The translations under genes and the position numbers were made by a program. A stretch of DNA of 64,000 bases from Eledone cirrhosa (taxonomy: Eukaryota), in contig OZ024749.1 of assembly GCA_964016885.1 (NCBI GenBank), forward strand, positions 20,522,001-20,586,000, in the 5' to 3' direction. Numbering within the stretch: the stretch's first letter is position 1; the number at the start of each line of letters is the position of its first letter. The notes under the pieces are model-generated. The model was not told where the DNA came from and did no database searches. It worked only from the letters and a program-made list of their open reading frames with translations. Of this stretch, positions 39,301-54,300 are shown piece by piece.

Positions 39301-42300
39301 CTACTTACAGCTAGGTGGACTGTTACTGTTGACAGTACAGTGGACTATACCATACTGTGGTACCTACTTACAGGTAGGTGGACTGTGACTGTTGACAGTA
39401 CAGTGGACTATACCATACTGTGGTACCTACTTACAGCTAGGTGGACTGTGACTGTTGACATAGTACAGTGGACTATACCATACTGTGGTAACTACTTACA
39501 GCTAGGTGGACTGAGCTGTTGACATAGTACAGTGGACTATACCATACTGTGGTACCTACTTACAGCTAGGTGGACTGTGACTGTTGACAGTACAGTGGAC
39601 TATACCATACTGTGGTACCTACTTACAGCTAGGTGGACTGTGACTGTTGACATATTACAGTGGACTATACCATACTGTGGTACCTACTTACAGCTAGGTG
39701 CACTGTGACTGTTGACATAGTACAGTGGACTATACCAACTGTGGTACCTACTTACAGCTAGGTAGACTGAGCTGTTGAGATAGTACAGTGGACTATACCA
39801 TACTGTGGTACCTACTTACAGCTAGGTGGACTGTGACTGTTGACAGTACAGTGGACTATACCATACTGTGGTACCTACTTACAGCTAGGTGGACTGTGAC
39901 TGTTGACATAGTACAGTGGACTATACCAACTGTGGTACCGACTTACAGCTAGCTGGACTGAGCTGTTGACATAGTACAGTGGACTATACCATACTGTGGT
40001 ACCTACTTACAGCTAGGTGGACTGTGACTGTTGACAGTACAGTGGACTATACCAGACTGTGGTACCTACTTACAGCTAGGTGGACTGTGACTGTTGGAAC
40101 AGTACAGTGGACTATACCATACTGTGGTGCCTACTTACAGCTAGGTGGACTGTGACTGTTGACATAGTACAGTGGACTATACCAAACTGTGGTACCTACT
40201 TACAGCTAGGTGGACTGTGTCTGTTGACAGTACAGTGGACTATACCATACTGTGGTACCTACTTACAGCTAGGTGGACTGTGACTGTTGACATAGTACAG
40301 TGGACTATACCATACTGTGGTACCTACTTACAGCTAGGTGGAGTGTGACTGTTGACATAGTACAGTGGACTATACCATACTGTGGTACCTACTTACAGCT
40401 AGGTGGAATGTGACTGTTGACATAGTACAGTGGACTATACCATACTGTGGTACCTACTTACAGCTAGGTGGACTGTGACTGTTGACATAGTACAGTGGAC
40501 TATACCAAACTGTGGTACCTACTTACAGCTAGGTGGACTGTGACTGTTGACAGTACAGTGGACTATACCATACTGTGGTACCTACTTACAGCTAGGTGGA
40601 CTGTGACTGTTGACATAGTACAGTGGACTATACCATACTGTGGTACCTACTTACAGCTAGGTGGACTGAGCTGTTGACATATTACAGTGGACTATACCAT
40701 ACTGTGGTACCTACTTACAGCTAGGTGGACTGTGACTGTTGACAGTACAGTGGACTATACCATACTGTGGTACCTACTTACAGCTAGGTGGACTGTGACT
40801 GTTGACATAGTACAGTGGACTATACCATACTGCTGTACCTACTTACAGCTAGGTGGACTGTGACTGTTGACATAGTACAGTGGACTATACCAACTGTGGT
40901 ACCTACTTACAGCTAGGTAGACTGAGCTGTTGACATAGTACAGTGGACTATACCAACTGTGGTACCTACTTACAGCTAGCTGAACTGTGACTGTTGACAG
41001 TACAGTGGACTATACCATACTGTGGTACCTACTTACAGCTAGGTGGACTGTGACTGTTGACATAGTACAGTGGACTATACCATACTGTGGTAACTACTTA
41101 CAGCTAGGTGGACTGAGCTGTTGACATAGTACAGTGGACTATACCATACTGTGGTACCTACTTACAGCTAGGTGGACTGTGACTGTTGACAGTACAGTGG
41201 ACTATACCATACTGTGGTACCTACTTACAGCTAGGTGGACTGTGACTGTTGACATAGTACAGTGGACTATACCAACTGTGGTACCTACTTACAGCTAGCT
41301 GGACTGAGCTGTTGACATAGTACAGTGGACTATACCATACTGTGGTACCTACTTACAGTTAGCTGGACTGTGACTGTTGACAGTACAATGGACTATACCA
41401 TACTGTGGTACCTACTTACAGCTAGGTGGACTGTGACAGTTGACATAGTACAGTGGACTATACCAACTGTGGTACCTACTTACAGCTAGGTGGACTGAGC
41501 TGTTGACATAGTACAGTGGACTATACCATACTGTTCTACCTACTTACAGCTAGGTGGACTGTGACTGTTGACAGTACAGTGGACTATACCATACTGTGGT
41601 ACCTACTTACAGCTAGGTGGACTGTGACTGTTGACAGTACAGTGGACTATACCATACTGTGGTACCTACTTACAGCTAGGTGGACTGTGACTGTTGACAT
41701 AGTACAGTGGACTATACCATACTGTGGTACCTACTTACAGCTAGGTGGACTGTGACTGTTGACATAGTACAGTGGACTATACCATACTGCTGTACCTACT
41801 TACAGCTAGGTGGACTGTGACTGTTGACATAGTACAGTGGAGTATACCAACTGTGGTACCTACTTACAGCTAGGTAGACTGAGCTGTTGACATAGTACAG
41901 TGGACTATACCAACTGTGGTACCTACTTACAGCTAGCTGAACTGTGACTGTTGACAGTACAGTGGACTATACCATACTGTGGTACCTACTTACAGCTAGG
42001 TGGATTGTGACTGTTGACATAGTACAGTGGACTATACCATACTGTGGTACCTACTTACAGCTAGGTGGACTGAGCTGTTGACAGTACAGTGGACTATACC
42101 ATACTGTGGTGCCTACTTACAGCTAGGTGGACTGTGACTGTTGACATAGTAGAGTGGACTATACCATACTGTGGTACCTACTTACAGCTAGGTGGACTGT
42201 GACTGTTGACATAGTACAGTGGACTATACCAACTGTGGTACCTACTTACAGCTAGGTGGACTGAGCTGTTGACATAGTACAGTGGACTATACCATACTGT

Positions 42301-45300
42301 TCTACCTACTTACAGCTAGGTGGACTGTGACTGTTGACAGTACAGTGGACTATACCATACTGTGGTACCTACTTACAGCTAGGTGGACTGTGACTGTTGA
42401 CAGTACAGTGGACTATACCATACTGTGGTACCTACTTACAGCTAGGTGGACTGTGACTGTTGACATAGTACAGTGGACTATACCATACTGTGGTACCTAC
42501 TTACAGCTAGGTGGACTATACCACACTGTGGTACCTACTTAGAGCTAGGTGGACTGTGACTATTGACATAGTACAGTGGACTATACCATACTGTGGTGCC
42601 TACTTACAGCTAGGTGGACTGTGACTGTTGGCACAGTACAGTGGACTATACCATACTGTGGTACCTACTTACAGCTAGGTGGACTGTGACTCTTGACAGT
42701 ACAGTGGACTATACCAGACTGTGGTCCCTACTTACAGCTAGGTGGACTGAGCTGTTGACAGTACAGTGGACTATACCATACTGTGGTAGCTACTTACAGC
42801 TAGGTGGACTGTGACTGTTGGCACAGTACAGTGGACTATACCAGACTGTGGTACCTACTGACAGCTAGGTGGACTGAGATGTTGATATAGTACAGTGGAC
42901 TATACCATACTGTGGTACCTACTTCTAGCTAGGTGGACTGTGACTTTTGACAGTACAATGGACTATACCATACTGTGGTGCCTACTTACAGCTAGGTGGA
43001 CTGTGACTCTTGACATAGTAGAGTGGACTATACCATACTGTGGTACCTACTTACAGCTAGGTGGACTGTGACTGTTGACAGTACAGTGGACTATACCATA
43101 CTGTGGTACATACTTACAGCTAGGTGGACTGTGACTGTTGACAGTACAGTGGACTATACCATACTGTGGTACCTACTTACAGCTTGGTGGACTATACCAC
43201 ACTGTGGTACCTACTTACAGCTAGGTGGACTGTGACTGTTGAAAGTACAGTGGACTATACCAGACTGTGGTACCTACTTACAGCTAGGTGGACTATACCA
43301 CACTGTGGTACCTACTTACAGCTAGGTAGATTGTGACTGTTGACAGTACAGTGGACTATACCATACTGTGGTACCTACTTACAGCTAAGTGGACTGTGAC
43401 TGTTGGCACAGTACAGTGGACTATACCAAACTGTGGTACCTGCTTACAGCTAGCTGGACTGTGACTGTTGACAGTACAGTGGACTATACCATACTGTGGT
43501 ACCTACTTACAGCTAGGTGGACTCTGACTGTTGGCACAGTACAGTGGACTATACCATACTGTGGTACCTACTTACAGCTAGGTGGACTGTGACTGTTGAC
43601 AGTACAGTGGACTATACCATACTGTGGTACCTACTTACAGCTAGGTGGACTGTGACTGTTGACATAGTACAGTGGACTATACCATACTGTGGTACCTACT
43701 TACAGCTAGGTGGACTATACCACACTGTGGTACCTACTTAGAGCTAGGTGGACTGTGACTGTTGACATAGTACAGTGGACTATACCATACTGTGGTGCCT
43801 ACTTACAGCTAGGTGGACTGGGACTGTTGGCACAGTACAGAGGACTATACCATACTGTGGTACCTACTTACAGCTAGCTGGACTGAGCTGTTGACATAGT
43901 ACAGTGGACTATACCATACTGTGGTACCTACTTACAGCTAGGTGAACTGTGACTGTTGACAGTACAGTGGACTATACCAGACTGTGGTCCCTACTTACAG
44001 CTAGGTGGACTGAGCTGTTGACAGTACAGTGGACTATACCATACTGTGGTAGCTACTTACAGCTAGGTGGACTGTGACTGTAGGCACAGTACAGTGGACT
44101 ATACCAGACTGTGGTACCTACTGACAGCTAGGTGGACTGAGATGTTGACATAGTACAGTGGACTATACCATACTGTGGTACCTACTTACAGCTAGGTGGA
44201 CTGTGACTGTTGACAGTACAGTGGACTATACCATACTGTGGTGCCTACTTACAGCTAGGTGGACTGTGACTGTTGACATAGTAGAGTGGACTATACCATA
44301 CTGTGGTACCTACTTACAGCTAGGTGGACTGTGACTGTTGACAGTACAGTGGACTATACCATACTGTGGTACCTACTTACAGCTAGGTGGACTGTGACTG
44401 TTGACAGTACAGTGGACTATACCATACTGTGGTACCTACTTACAGCTTGGTGGACTATACCACACTGTGGTACCTACTTACAGCTAGGTGGACTGTGACT
44501 GTTGAAAGTACAGTGGACTATACCACACTGTGGTACCTACTTACAGCTAGGTAGACTGTGACTGTTGACAGTACAGTGGACTATACCATACTGTGGTACC
44601 TACTTACAGCTAAGTGGACTGTGACTGTTGGCACAGTACAGTGGACTATACCATACTGTGGTACCTACTTACAGCTAGCTGGACTGTGACTGTTGACAGT
44701 ACAGTGGACTATACCATACTGTGGTACCTACTTACAGCTAGGTGGACTGTGACTGTTGGCACAGTACAGTGGACTATACCATACTGTGGTACCTACTTAC
44801 AGCTAGGTGAACTGTGACTGTTGGCACAGTACAGTGGACTATACCATACTGTGGTACCTACTTACAGCTAGGTGGACTGTGACTGTTGGCACAGTACAGT
44901 GGAATATATCATATAGTGGTACCTACTTACAGCTAGGTGGACTGTGACTGTTGACACTACAGTGGACTATACCACACTGTGGTACCTACTTACAGCTAGA
45001 TGGACTGTGACTGTTGACAGTACAGTGGACTATACCATATTGTGGTACCTACTTACAGCTAGGTGGACTGTGACTGTTGACATAGTACAGTGGACTATAC
45101 CATACTGTGGTGCCTACTTACAGCTAGGTGGACTGTGACTGTTGACAGTACAGTGGACTATACCATACTGTGGTGCCTACTTACAGCTAGGTGGACTATG
45201 ACTGTTGACATAGTACAGTGGACTATACCATACTGTGGTACCTACTTACAGCCATGTGGACAGTGACTGTTGACAGTACAGTGGACTATACCAGACTGTG

Positions 45301-48300
45301 GTACCTACTTACAGCTAGGTGGACTGTGACTGTTGGCACAGTACAGTGGACTATACCATACTGTGGTGCCTACTTACAGCTAGGAGGACTGTTACTGTTG
45401 ACAGTACAGTGGACTATACCATACTGTGGTACCTACTTACAGGTAGGTGGACTGTGACTGTTGACAGTACAGTGGACTATACCATACTGTGGTACCTACT
45501 TACAGCTAGGTGGACTGTGACTGTTGACATAGTACAGTGGACTATACCATACTGTGGTAACTACTTACAGCTAGGTGGACTGAGCTGTTGACATAGTACA
45601 GTGGACTATACCATACTGTGGTACCTACTTACAGCTAGGTGGACTGTGACTGTTGACAGTACAGTGGACTATACCATACTGTGGTACCTACTTACAGCTA
45701 GGTGGACTGTGACTGTTGACATATTACAGTGGACTATACCATACTGTGGTACCTACTTACAGCTAGGTGCACTGTGACTGTTGACATAGTACAGTGGACT
45801 ATACCAACTGTGGTACCTACTTACAGCTAGGTAGACTGAGCTGTTGAGATAGTACAGTGGACTATACCATACTGTGGTACCTACTTACAGCTAGGTGGAC
45901 TGTGACTGTTGACAGTACAGTGGACTATACCATACTGTGGTACCTACTTACAGCTAGGTGGACTGTGACTGTTGACATAGTACAGTGGACTATACCAACT
46001 GTGGTACCGACTTACAGCTAGCTGGACTGAGCTGTTGACATAGTACAGTGGACTATACCATACTGTGGTACCTACTTACAGCTAGGTGGACTGTGACTGT
46101 TGACAGTACAGTGGACTATACCAGACTGTGGTACCTACTTACAGCTAGGGGGACTGTGACTGTTGGAACAGTACAGTGGACTATACCATACTGTGGTGCC
46201 TACTTACAGCTAGGTGGACTGTGACTGTTGACAGTACAGTGGACTATACCATACTGTGGTACCTACTTACAGCTAGGTGGAGTGTGACTGTTGACATAGT
46301 ACAGTGGACTATACCATACTGTGGTACCTACTTACAGCTAGGTGGAATGTGACTGTTGACATAGTACAGTGGACTATACCATACTGTGGTACCTACTTAC
46401 AGCTAGGTGGACTGTGACTGTTGACATAGTACAGTGGACTATACCAAACTGTGGTACCTACTTACAGCTAGGTGGACTGTGACTGTTGACAGTACAGTGG
46501 ACTATACCATACTGTGGTACCTACTTACAGCTAGGTGGACTGTGACTGTTGACATAGTACAGTGGACTATACCATACTGTGGTACCTACTTACAGCTAGG
46601 TGGACTGAGCTGTTGACATATTACAGTGGACTATACCATACTGTGGTACCTACTTACAGCTAGGTGGACTGTGACTGTTGACAGTACAGTGGACTATACC
46701 ATACTGTGGTACCTACTTACAGCTAGGTGGACTGTGACTGTTGACATAGTACAGTGGACTATACCATACTGCTGTACCTACTTACAGCTAGGTGGACTGT
46801 GACTGTTGACATAGTACAGTGGACTATACCAACTGTGGTACCTACTTACAGCTAGGTAGACTGAGCTGTTGACATAGTACAGTGGACTATACCAACTGTG
46901 GTACCTACTTACAGCTAGCTGAACTGTGACTGTTGACAGTACAGTGGACTATACCATACTGTGGTACCTACTTACAGCTAGGTGGACTGTGACTGTTGAC
47001 ATAGTACGGTGGACTATACCATACTGTGGTACCTACTTACAGCTAGGTGGACTGAGCTGTTGACATAGTACAGTGGACTATACCATACTGTGGTACCTAC
47101 TTACAGCTAGGTGGACTGTGACTGTTGACAGTACAGTGGACTATACCATACTGTGGTACCTACTTACAGCTAGGTGGACTGTGACTGTTGACATAGTACA
47201 GTGGACTATACCAACTGTGGTACCTACTTACAGCTAGCTGGACTGAGCTGTTGACATAGTACAGTGGACTATACCATACTGTGGTACCTACTTACAGCTA
47301 GCTGGACTGTGACTGTTGACAGTACAATGGACTATACCATACTGTGGTACCTACTTACAGCTAGGTGGACTGTGACTGTTGACATAGTACAGTGGACTAT
47401 ACCAACTGTGGTACCTACTTACAGCTAGGTGGACTGAGCTGTTGACATAGTACAGTGCACTATACCATACTGTTCTACCTACTTACAGCTAGGTGGACTG
47501 TGACTGTTGACAGTACAGTGGACTATACCATACTGTGGTACCTACTTACAGCTAGGTGGACTGTGACTGTTGACATAGTACAGTGGACTATACCATACTG
47601 TGGTACCTACTTACAGCTAGGTGGACTATACCACACTGTGGTACCTACTTAGAGCTAGGTGGACTGTGACTATTGACATAGTACAGTGGACTATACCATA
47701 CTGTGGTGCCTACTTACAGCTAGGTGGACTGTGACTGTTGGCACATTACAGTGGACTATACCATACTGTGGTACCTACTTACAGCTAGGTGGACTGTGAA
47801 TCTTGACAGTACAGTGGACTATACCAGACTGTGGTCCCTACTTACAGCTAGGTGGACTGAGCTGTTGACAGTACAGTGGACTATACCATACTGTGGTAGC
47901 TACTTACAGCTAGGTGGACTGTGACTGTTGGCACAGTACAGTGGACTATACCAGACTGTGGTACCTACTGACAGCTAGGTGGACTGAGATGTTGATATAG
48001 TACAGTGGACTATACCATACTGTGGTACCTACTTCTAGCTAGGTGGACTGTGACTTTTGACAGTACAATGGACTATACCATACTGTGGTGCCTACTTACA
48101 GCTAGGTGGACTGTGACTCTTGACATAGTAGAGTGGACTATACCATACTGTGGTACCTACTTACAGCTAGGTGGACTGTGACTGTTGACAGTACAGTGGA
48201 CTATACCATACTGTGGTACATACTTACAGCTAGGTGGACTGTGACTGTTGACAGTACAGTGGACTATACCATACTGTGGTACCTACTTACAGCTTGGTGG

Positions 48301-51300
48301 ACTATACCACACTGTGGTACCTACTTACAGCTAGGTGGACTGTGACTGTTGAAAGTACAGTGGACTATACCAGACTGTGGTACCTAGTTACAGCTAGGTG
48401 GACTATACCACACTGTGGTACCTACTTACAGCTAGGTAGATTGTGACTGTTGACAGTACAGTGGACTATACCATACTGTGGTACCTACTTACAGCTAAGT
48501 GGACTGTGACTGTTGGCACAGTACAGTGGACTATACCAAACTGTGGTACCTGCTTACAGCTAGCTGGACTGTGACTGTTGACAGTACAGTGGACTATACC
48601 ATACTGTGGTACCTACTTACAGCTAGGTGGACTGTGACTGTTGGCACAGTACAGTGGACTATACCATACTGTGGTACCTACTTACAGCTAGGTGGACTGT
48701 GACTGTTGACAGTACAGTGGACTATACCATACTGTGGTACCTACTTACAGCTAGGTGGACTGTGACTGTTGACATAGTACAGTGGACTATACCATACTGT
48801 GGTACCTACTTACAGCTAGGTGGACTATACCACACTGTGGTACCTACTTAGAGCTAGGTGGACTGTGACTGTTGACATAGTACAGTGGACTATACCATAC
48901 TGTGGTGCCTACTTACAGCTAGGTGGACTGGAACTGTTGGCACAGTACAGAGGACTATACCATACTGTGGTACCTACTTACAGCTAGCTGGACTGAGCTG
49001 TTGACATAGTACAGTGGACTATACCATACTGTGGTACCTACTTACAGCTAGGTGAACTGTGACTGTTGACAGTACAGTGGACTATACCAGACTGTGGTCC
49101 CTACTTACAGCTAGGTGGACTGAGCTGTTGACAGTACAGTGGACTATACCATACTGTGGTAGCTACTTACAGCTAGGTGGACTGTGACTGTAGGCACAGT
49201 ACAGTGGACTATACCAGACTGTGGTACCTACTGACAGCTAGGTGGACTGAGATGTTGACATAGTACAGTGGACTATACCATACTGTGGTACCTACTTACA
49301 GCTAGGTGGACTGTGACTGTTGACAGTACAGTGGACTATACCATACTGTGGTGCCTACTTACAGCTAGGTGGACTGTGACTGTTGACATAGTAGAGTGGA
49401 CTATACCATACTGTGGTACCTACTTACAGCTAGGTGGACTGTGACTGTTGACAGTACAGTGGACTATACCATACTGTGGTACCTACTTTCAGCTAGGTGG
49501 ACTGTGACTGTTGACAGTACAGTGGACTATACCATACTGTGGTACCTACTTACAGCTTGGTGGACTATACCACACTGTGGTACCTACTTACAGCTAGGAG
49601 GACTGTGACTGTTGAAAGTACAGTGGACTATACCACACTGTGGTACCTACTTACAGCTAAGTGGACTGTGACTGTTGGCACAGTACAGTGGACTATACCA
49701 TACTGTGGTACCTACTTACAGCTAGCTGGACTGTGACTGTTGACAGTACAGTGGACTATACCATACTGTGGTACCTACTTACAGCTAGGTGGACTGTGAC
49801 TGTTGGCACAGTACAGTGGACTATACCATACTGTGGTACCTACTTACAGCTAGGTGAACTGTGACTGTTGGCACAGTACAGTGGACTATACCATACTGTG
49901 GTACCTACTTACAGCTAGGTGGACTGTGACTGTTGGCACAGTACAGTGGAATATATCATATAGTGGTACCTACTTACAGCTAGGTGGACTGTGACTGTTG
50001 ACACTACAGTGGACTATACCACACTGTGGTACCTACTTACAGCTAGATGGACTGTGACTGTTGACAGTACAGTGGACTATACCATATTGTGGTACCTACT
50101 TACAGCTAGGTGGACTGTGACTGTTGACATAGTACAGTGGATTATACCATACTGTGGTACCTACTTACAGCTAGGTGGACTGTGACTGTTGACAGTACAG
50201 TGGATTATACCATACTGTGGTGCCTACTTACAGCTAGGTGGACTGTGACTGTTGACATAGTAGAGTGGACTATACCATACTGTGGTACCTACTTACAGCT
50301 AGGTGGACTGTGACTGTTGACAGTACAGTGGACTATACCATACTGTGGTACCTACTTACAGCTAGGTGGACTGTGACTGTTGACAATACAGTGGACTATA
50401 CCATACTGTGGTACCTACTTACAGCTTGGTGGACTATACCACACTGTGGTACCTACTTACAGCTAGGTGGACTGTGACTGTTGAAAGTACAGTGGACTAT
50501 ACCACACTGTGGTACCTACTTACAGCTAGGTAGACTGTGACTGTTGACAGTACAGTGGACTATACCATACCGTGGTACCTACTTACAGCTAAGTGGACTG
50601 TGACTGTTGGCACAGTACAGTGGACTATACCATACTGTGGTACCTACTTACAGCTAGCTGGACTGTGACTGTTGACAGTACAGTGGACTATACCATACTG
50701 TGGTACCTACTTACAGCTAGGTGGACTGTGACTGTTGGCACAGTACAGTGGACTATACGATACTGTGGTACCTACTTACAGCTAGGTGAACTGTGACTGT
50801 TGGCACAGTACAGTGGACTATACCATACTGTGGTACCTACTTACAGCTAGGTGGACTGTGACTGTTGGCACAGTACAGTGGAATATATCATATAGTGGTA
50901 CCTACTTACAGCTAGGTGGACTGTGACTGTTGACACTACAGTGGACTATACCACACTGTGGTACCTACTTACAGCTAGATGGACTGTGACTGTTGACAGT
51001 ACAGTGGACTATACGATACTGTGGTACCTACTTACAGCTAGGTGGACTGTGACTGTTGACATAGTACAGTGGACTATACCATACTGTGGTGCCTACTTAC
51101 AGCTAGGTGGACTGTGACTGTTGACAGTACAGTGGACTATACCATACTGTGGTGCCTACTTACAGCTAGGTGGACTATGACTGTTGACATAGTACAGTGG
51201 ACTATACCATACTGTGGTACCTACTTACAGCCATGTGGACTGTGACTGTTGACAGTACAGTGGACTATACCAGACTGTGGTACCTACTTACAGCTAGGTG

Positions 51301-54300
51301 GACTGTGACTGTTGGCACAGTACAGTGGACTATACCATACTGTGGTGCCTACTTACAGCTAGGTGGACTGTTACTGTTGACAGTACAGTGGACTATACCA
51401 TACTGTGGTACCTACTTACAGGTAGGTGGACTGTGACTGTTGATAGTACAGTGGACTATACCATACTGTGGTACCTACTTACAGCTAGGTGGACTGTGAC
51501 TGTTGACATAGTACAGTGGACTATACCATACTGTGGTAACTACTTACAGCTAGGTGGACTGAGCTGTTGACATAGTACAGTGGACTATACCATACTGTGG
51601 TACCTACTTACAGCTAGGTGGACTGTGACTGTTGACAGTACAGTGGACTATACCATACTGTGGTACCTACTTACAGCTAGGTGGACTGTGACTGTTGACA
51701 TATTACAGTGGACTATACCATACTGTGGAACCTACTTACAGCTAGGTGCACTGTGACTGTTGACATAGTACAGTGGACTATACCAACTGTGGTACCTACT
51801 TACAGCTAGGTAGACTGAGCTGTTGAGATAGTACAGTGGACTATACCATACTGTGGTACCTACTTACAGCTAGGTGGACTGTGACTGTTGACAGTACAGT
51901 GGACTATACCATACTGTGGTACCTACTTACAGCTAGGTGGACTGTGACTGTTGACATAGTACAGTGGACTATACCAACTGTGGTACCGACTTACAGCTAG
52001 CTGGACTGAGCTGTTGACATAGTACAGTGGACTATACCATACTGTGGTACCTACTTACAGCTAGGAGGACTGTGACTGTTGACAGTACGGTGGACTATAC
52101 CAGACTGTGGTACCTACTTACAGCTAGGTGGACTGTGACTGTTGGAACAGTACAGTGGACTATACCATACTGTGGTGCGTACTTACAGCTATGTGGACTG
52201 TGACTGTTGACAGTACAGTGGACTATACCATACTGTGGTACCTACTTACAGCTAGGTGGAGTGTGACTGTTGACATCGTACAGTGGACTATACCATACTG
52301 TGGTACCTACTTACAGCTAGGTGGAATGTGACTGTTGACATAGTACAGTGGACTATACCATACTGTGGTACCTACTTACAGCTAGGTGGACTGTGACTGT
52401 TGACATAGTACAGTGGACTATACCAAACTGTGGTACCTACTTACAGCTAGGTGGACTGTGACTGTTGACAGTACAGTGGACTATACCATACTGTGGTACC
52501 TACTTACAGCTAGGTGGACTGTGACTGTTGACATAGTACAGTGGACTATACCATACTGTGGTACCTACTTACAGCTAGGTGGACTGAGCTGTTGACATAT
52601 TACAGTGGACTATACCATACTGTGGTACCTACTTACAGCTAGGTGGACTGTGACTGTTGACAGTACAGTGGACTATACCATACTGTGGTACCTACTTACA
52701 GCTAGGTGGACTGTGACTGTTGACGTAGTACAGTGGACTATACCATACTGCTGTACCTACTTACAGCTAGGTGGACTGTGACTGTTGACATAGTACAGTG
52801 GACTATACCAACTGTGGTACCTACTTACAGCTAGGTAGACTGAGCTGTTGACATAGTACAGTGGACTATACCAACTGTGGTACCTACTTACAGCTAGCTG
52901 AACTGTGACTGTTGACAGGACAGTGGACTATACCATACTGTGGTACCTACTTACAGCTAGGTGGACTGTGACTGTTGACATAGTACAGTGGACTATACCA
53001 TACTGTGGTACCTACTTACAGCTAGGTGGACTGAGCTGTTGACATAGTACAGTGGACTATACCATACTGTGGTACCTACTTACAGCTAGGTGGACTGTGA
53101 CTGTTGACAGTACAGTGGACTATACCATACTGTGGTACCTACTTACAGCTAGGTGGACTGTGACTGTTGACATAGTACAGTGGACTATACCAACTGTGGT
53201 ACCTACTTACAGCTAGCTGGACTGAGCTGTTGACATAGTACAGTGGACTATACCATACTGTGGTACCTACTTACAGCTAGCTGGACTGTGACTGTTGACA
53301 GTACAATGGACTATACCATACTGTGGTACCTACTTACAGCTAGGTGGACTGTGACTGTTGACATAGTACAGTGGACTATACCAACTGTGGTACCTACTTA
53401 CAGCTAGGTGGACTGAGCTGTTGACATAGTACAGTGGACTATACCATACTGTTCTACCTACTTACAGCTAGGTGGACTGTGACTGTTGAGAGTACAGTGG
53501 ACTATACCATACTGTGGTACCTACTTACAGCTAGGTGGTCTGTGACTGTTGACATAGTACAGTGGACTATACCATACTGTGGTACCTACTTACAGCTAGG
53601 TGGACTATACCACACTGTGGTACCTATTCTGAGCTAGGTGGACTGTGACTATTGACATAGTACAGTGGACTATACCATACTGTGGTGCCTACTTACAGCT
53701 AGGTGGACTGTGACTGTTGGCACAGTACAGTGGACTATACCATACTGTGGTACCTACTTACAGCTAGGTGGACTGTGACTCTTGACAGTACAGTGGACTA
53801 TACGAGACTGTGGTCCCTACTTACAGCTAGGTGGACTGAGCTGTTGACAGTACAGTGGACTATACCATACTGTGGTAGCTACTTACAGCTAGGTGGACTG
53901 TGACTGTTGGCACAGTACAGTGGACTATACCAGAGTGTGGTACCTACTGACAGCTAGGTGGACTGAGATGTTGATATAGTACAGTGGACTATACCATACT
54001 GTGGTACCTACTTCTAGCTAGGTGGACTGTGACTTTTGACAGTACAATGGACTATACCATACTGTGGTGCCTACTTACAGCTAGGTGGACTGTGACTGTT
54101 GACATAGTAGAGTGGACTATACCATACTGTGGTACCTACTTACAGCTAGGTGGACTGTGACTGTTGACAGTACAGTGGACTATACCATACTGTGGTACAT
54201 ACTTACAGCTAGGTGGACTGTGACTGTTGACAGTACAGTGGACTATACCATACTGTGGTACCTACTTACAGCTTGGTGGACTATACCACACTGTGGTACC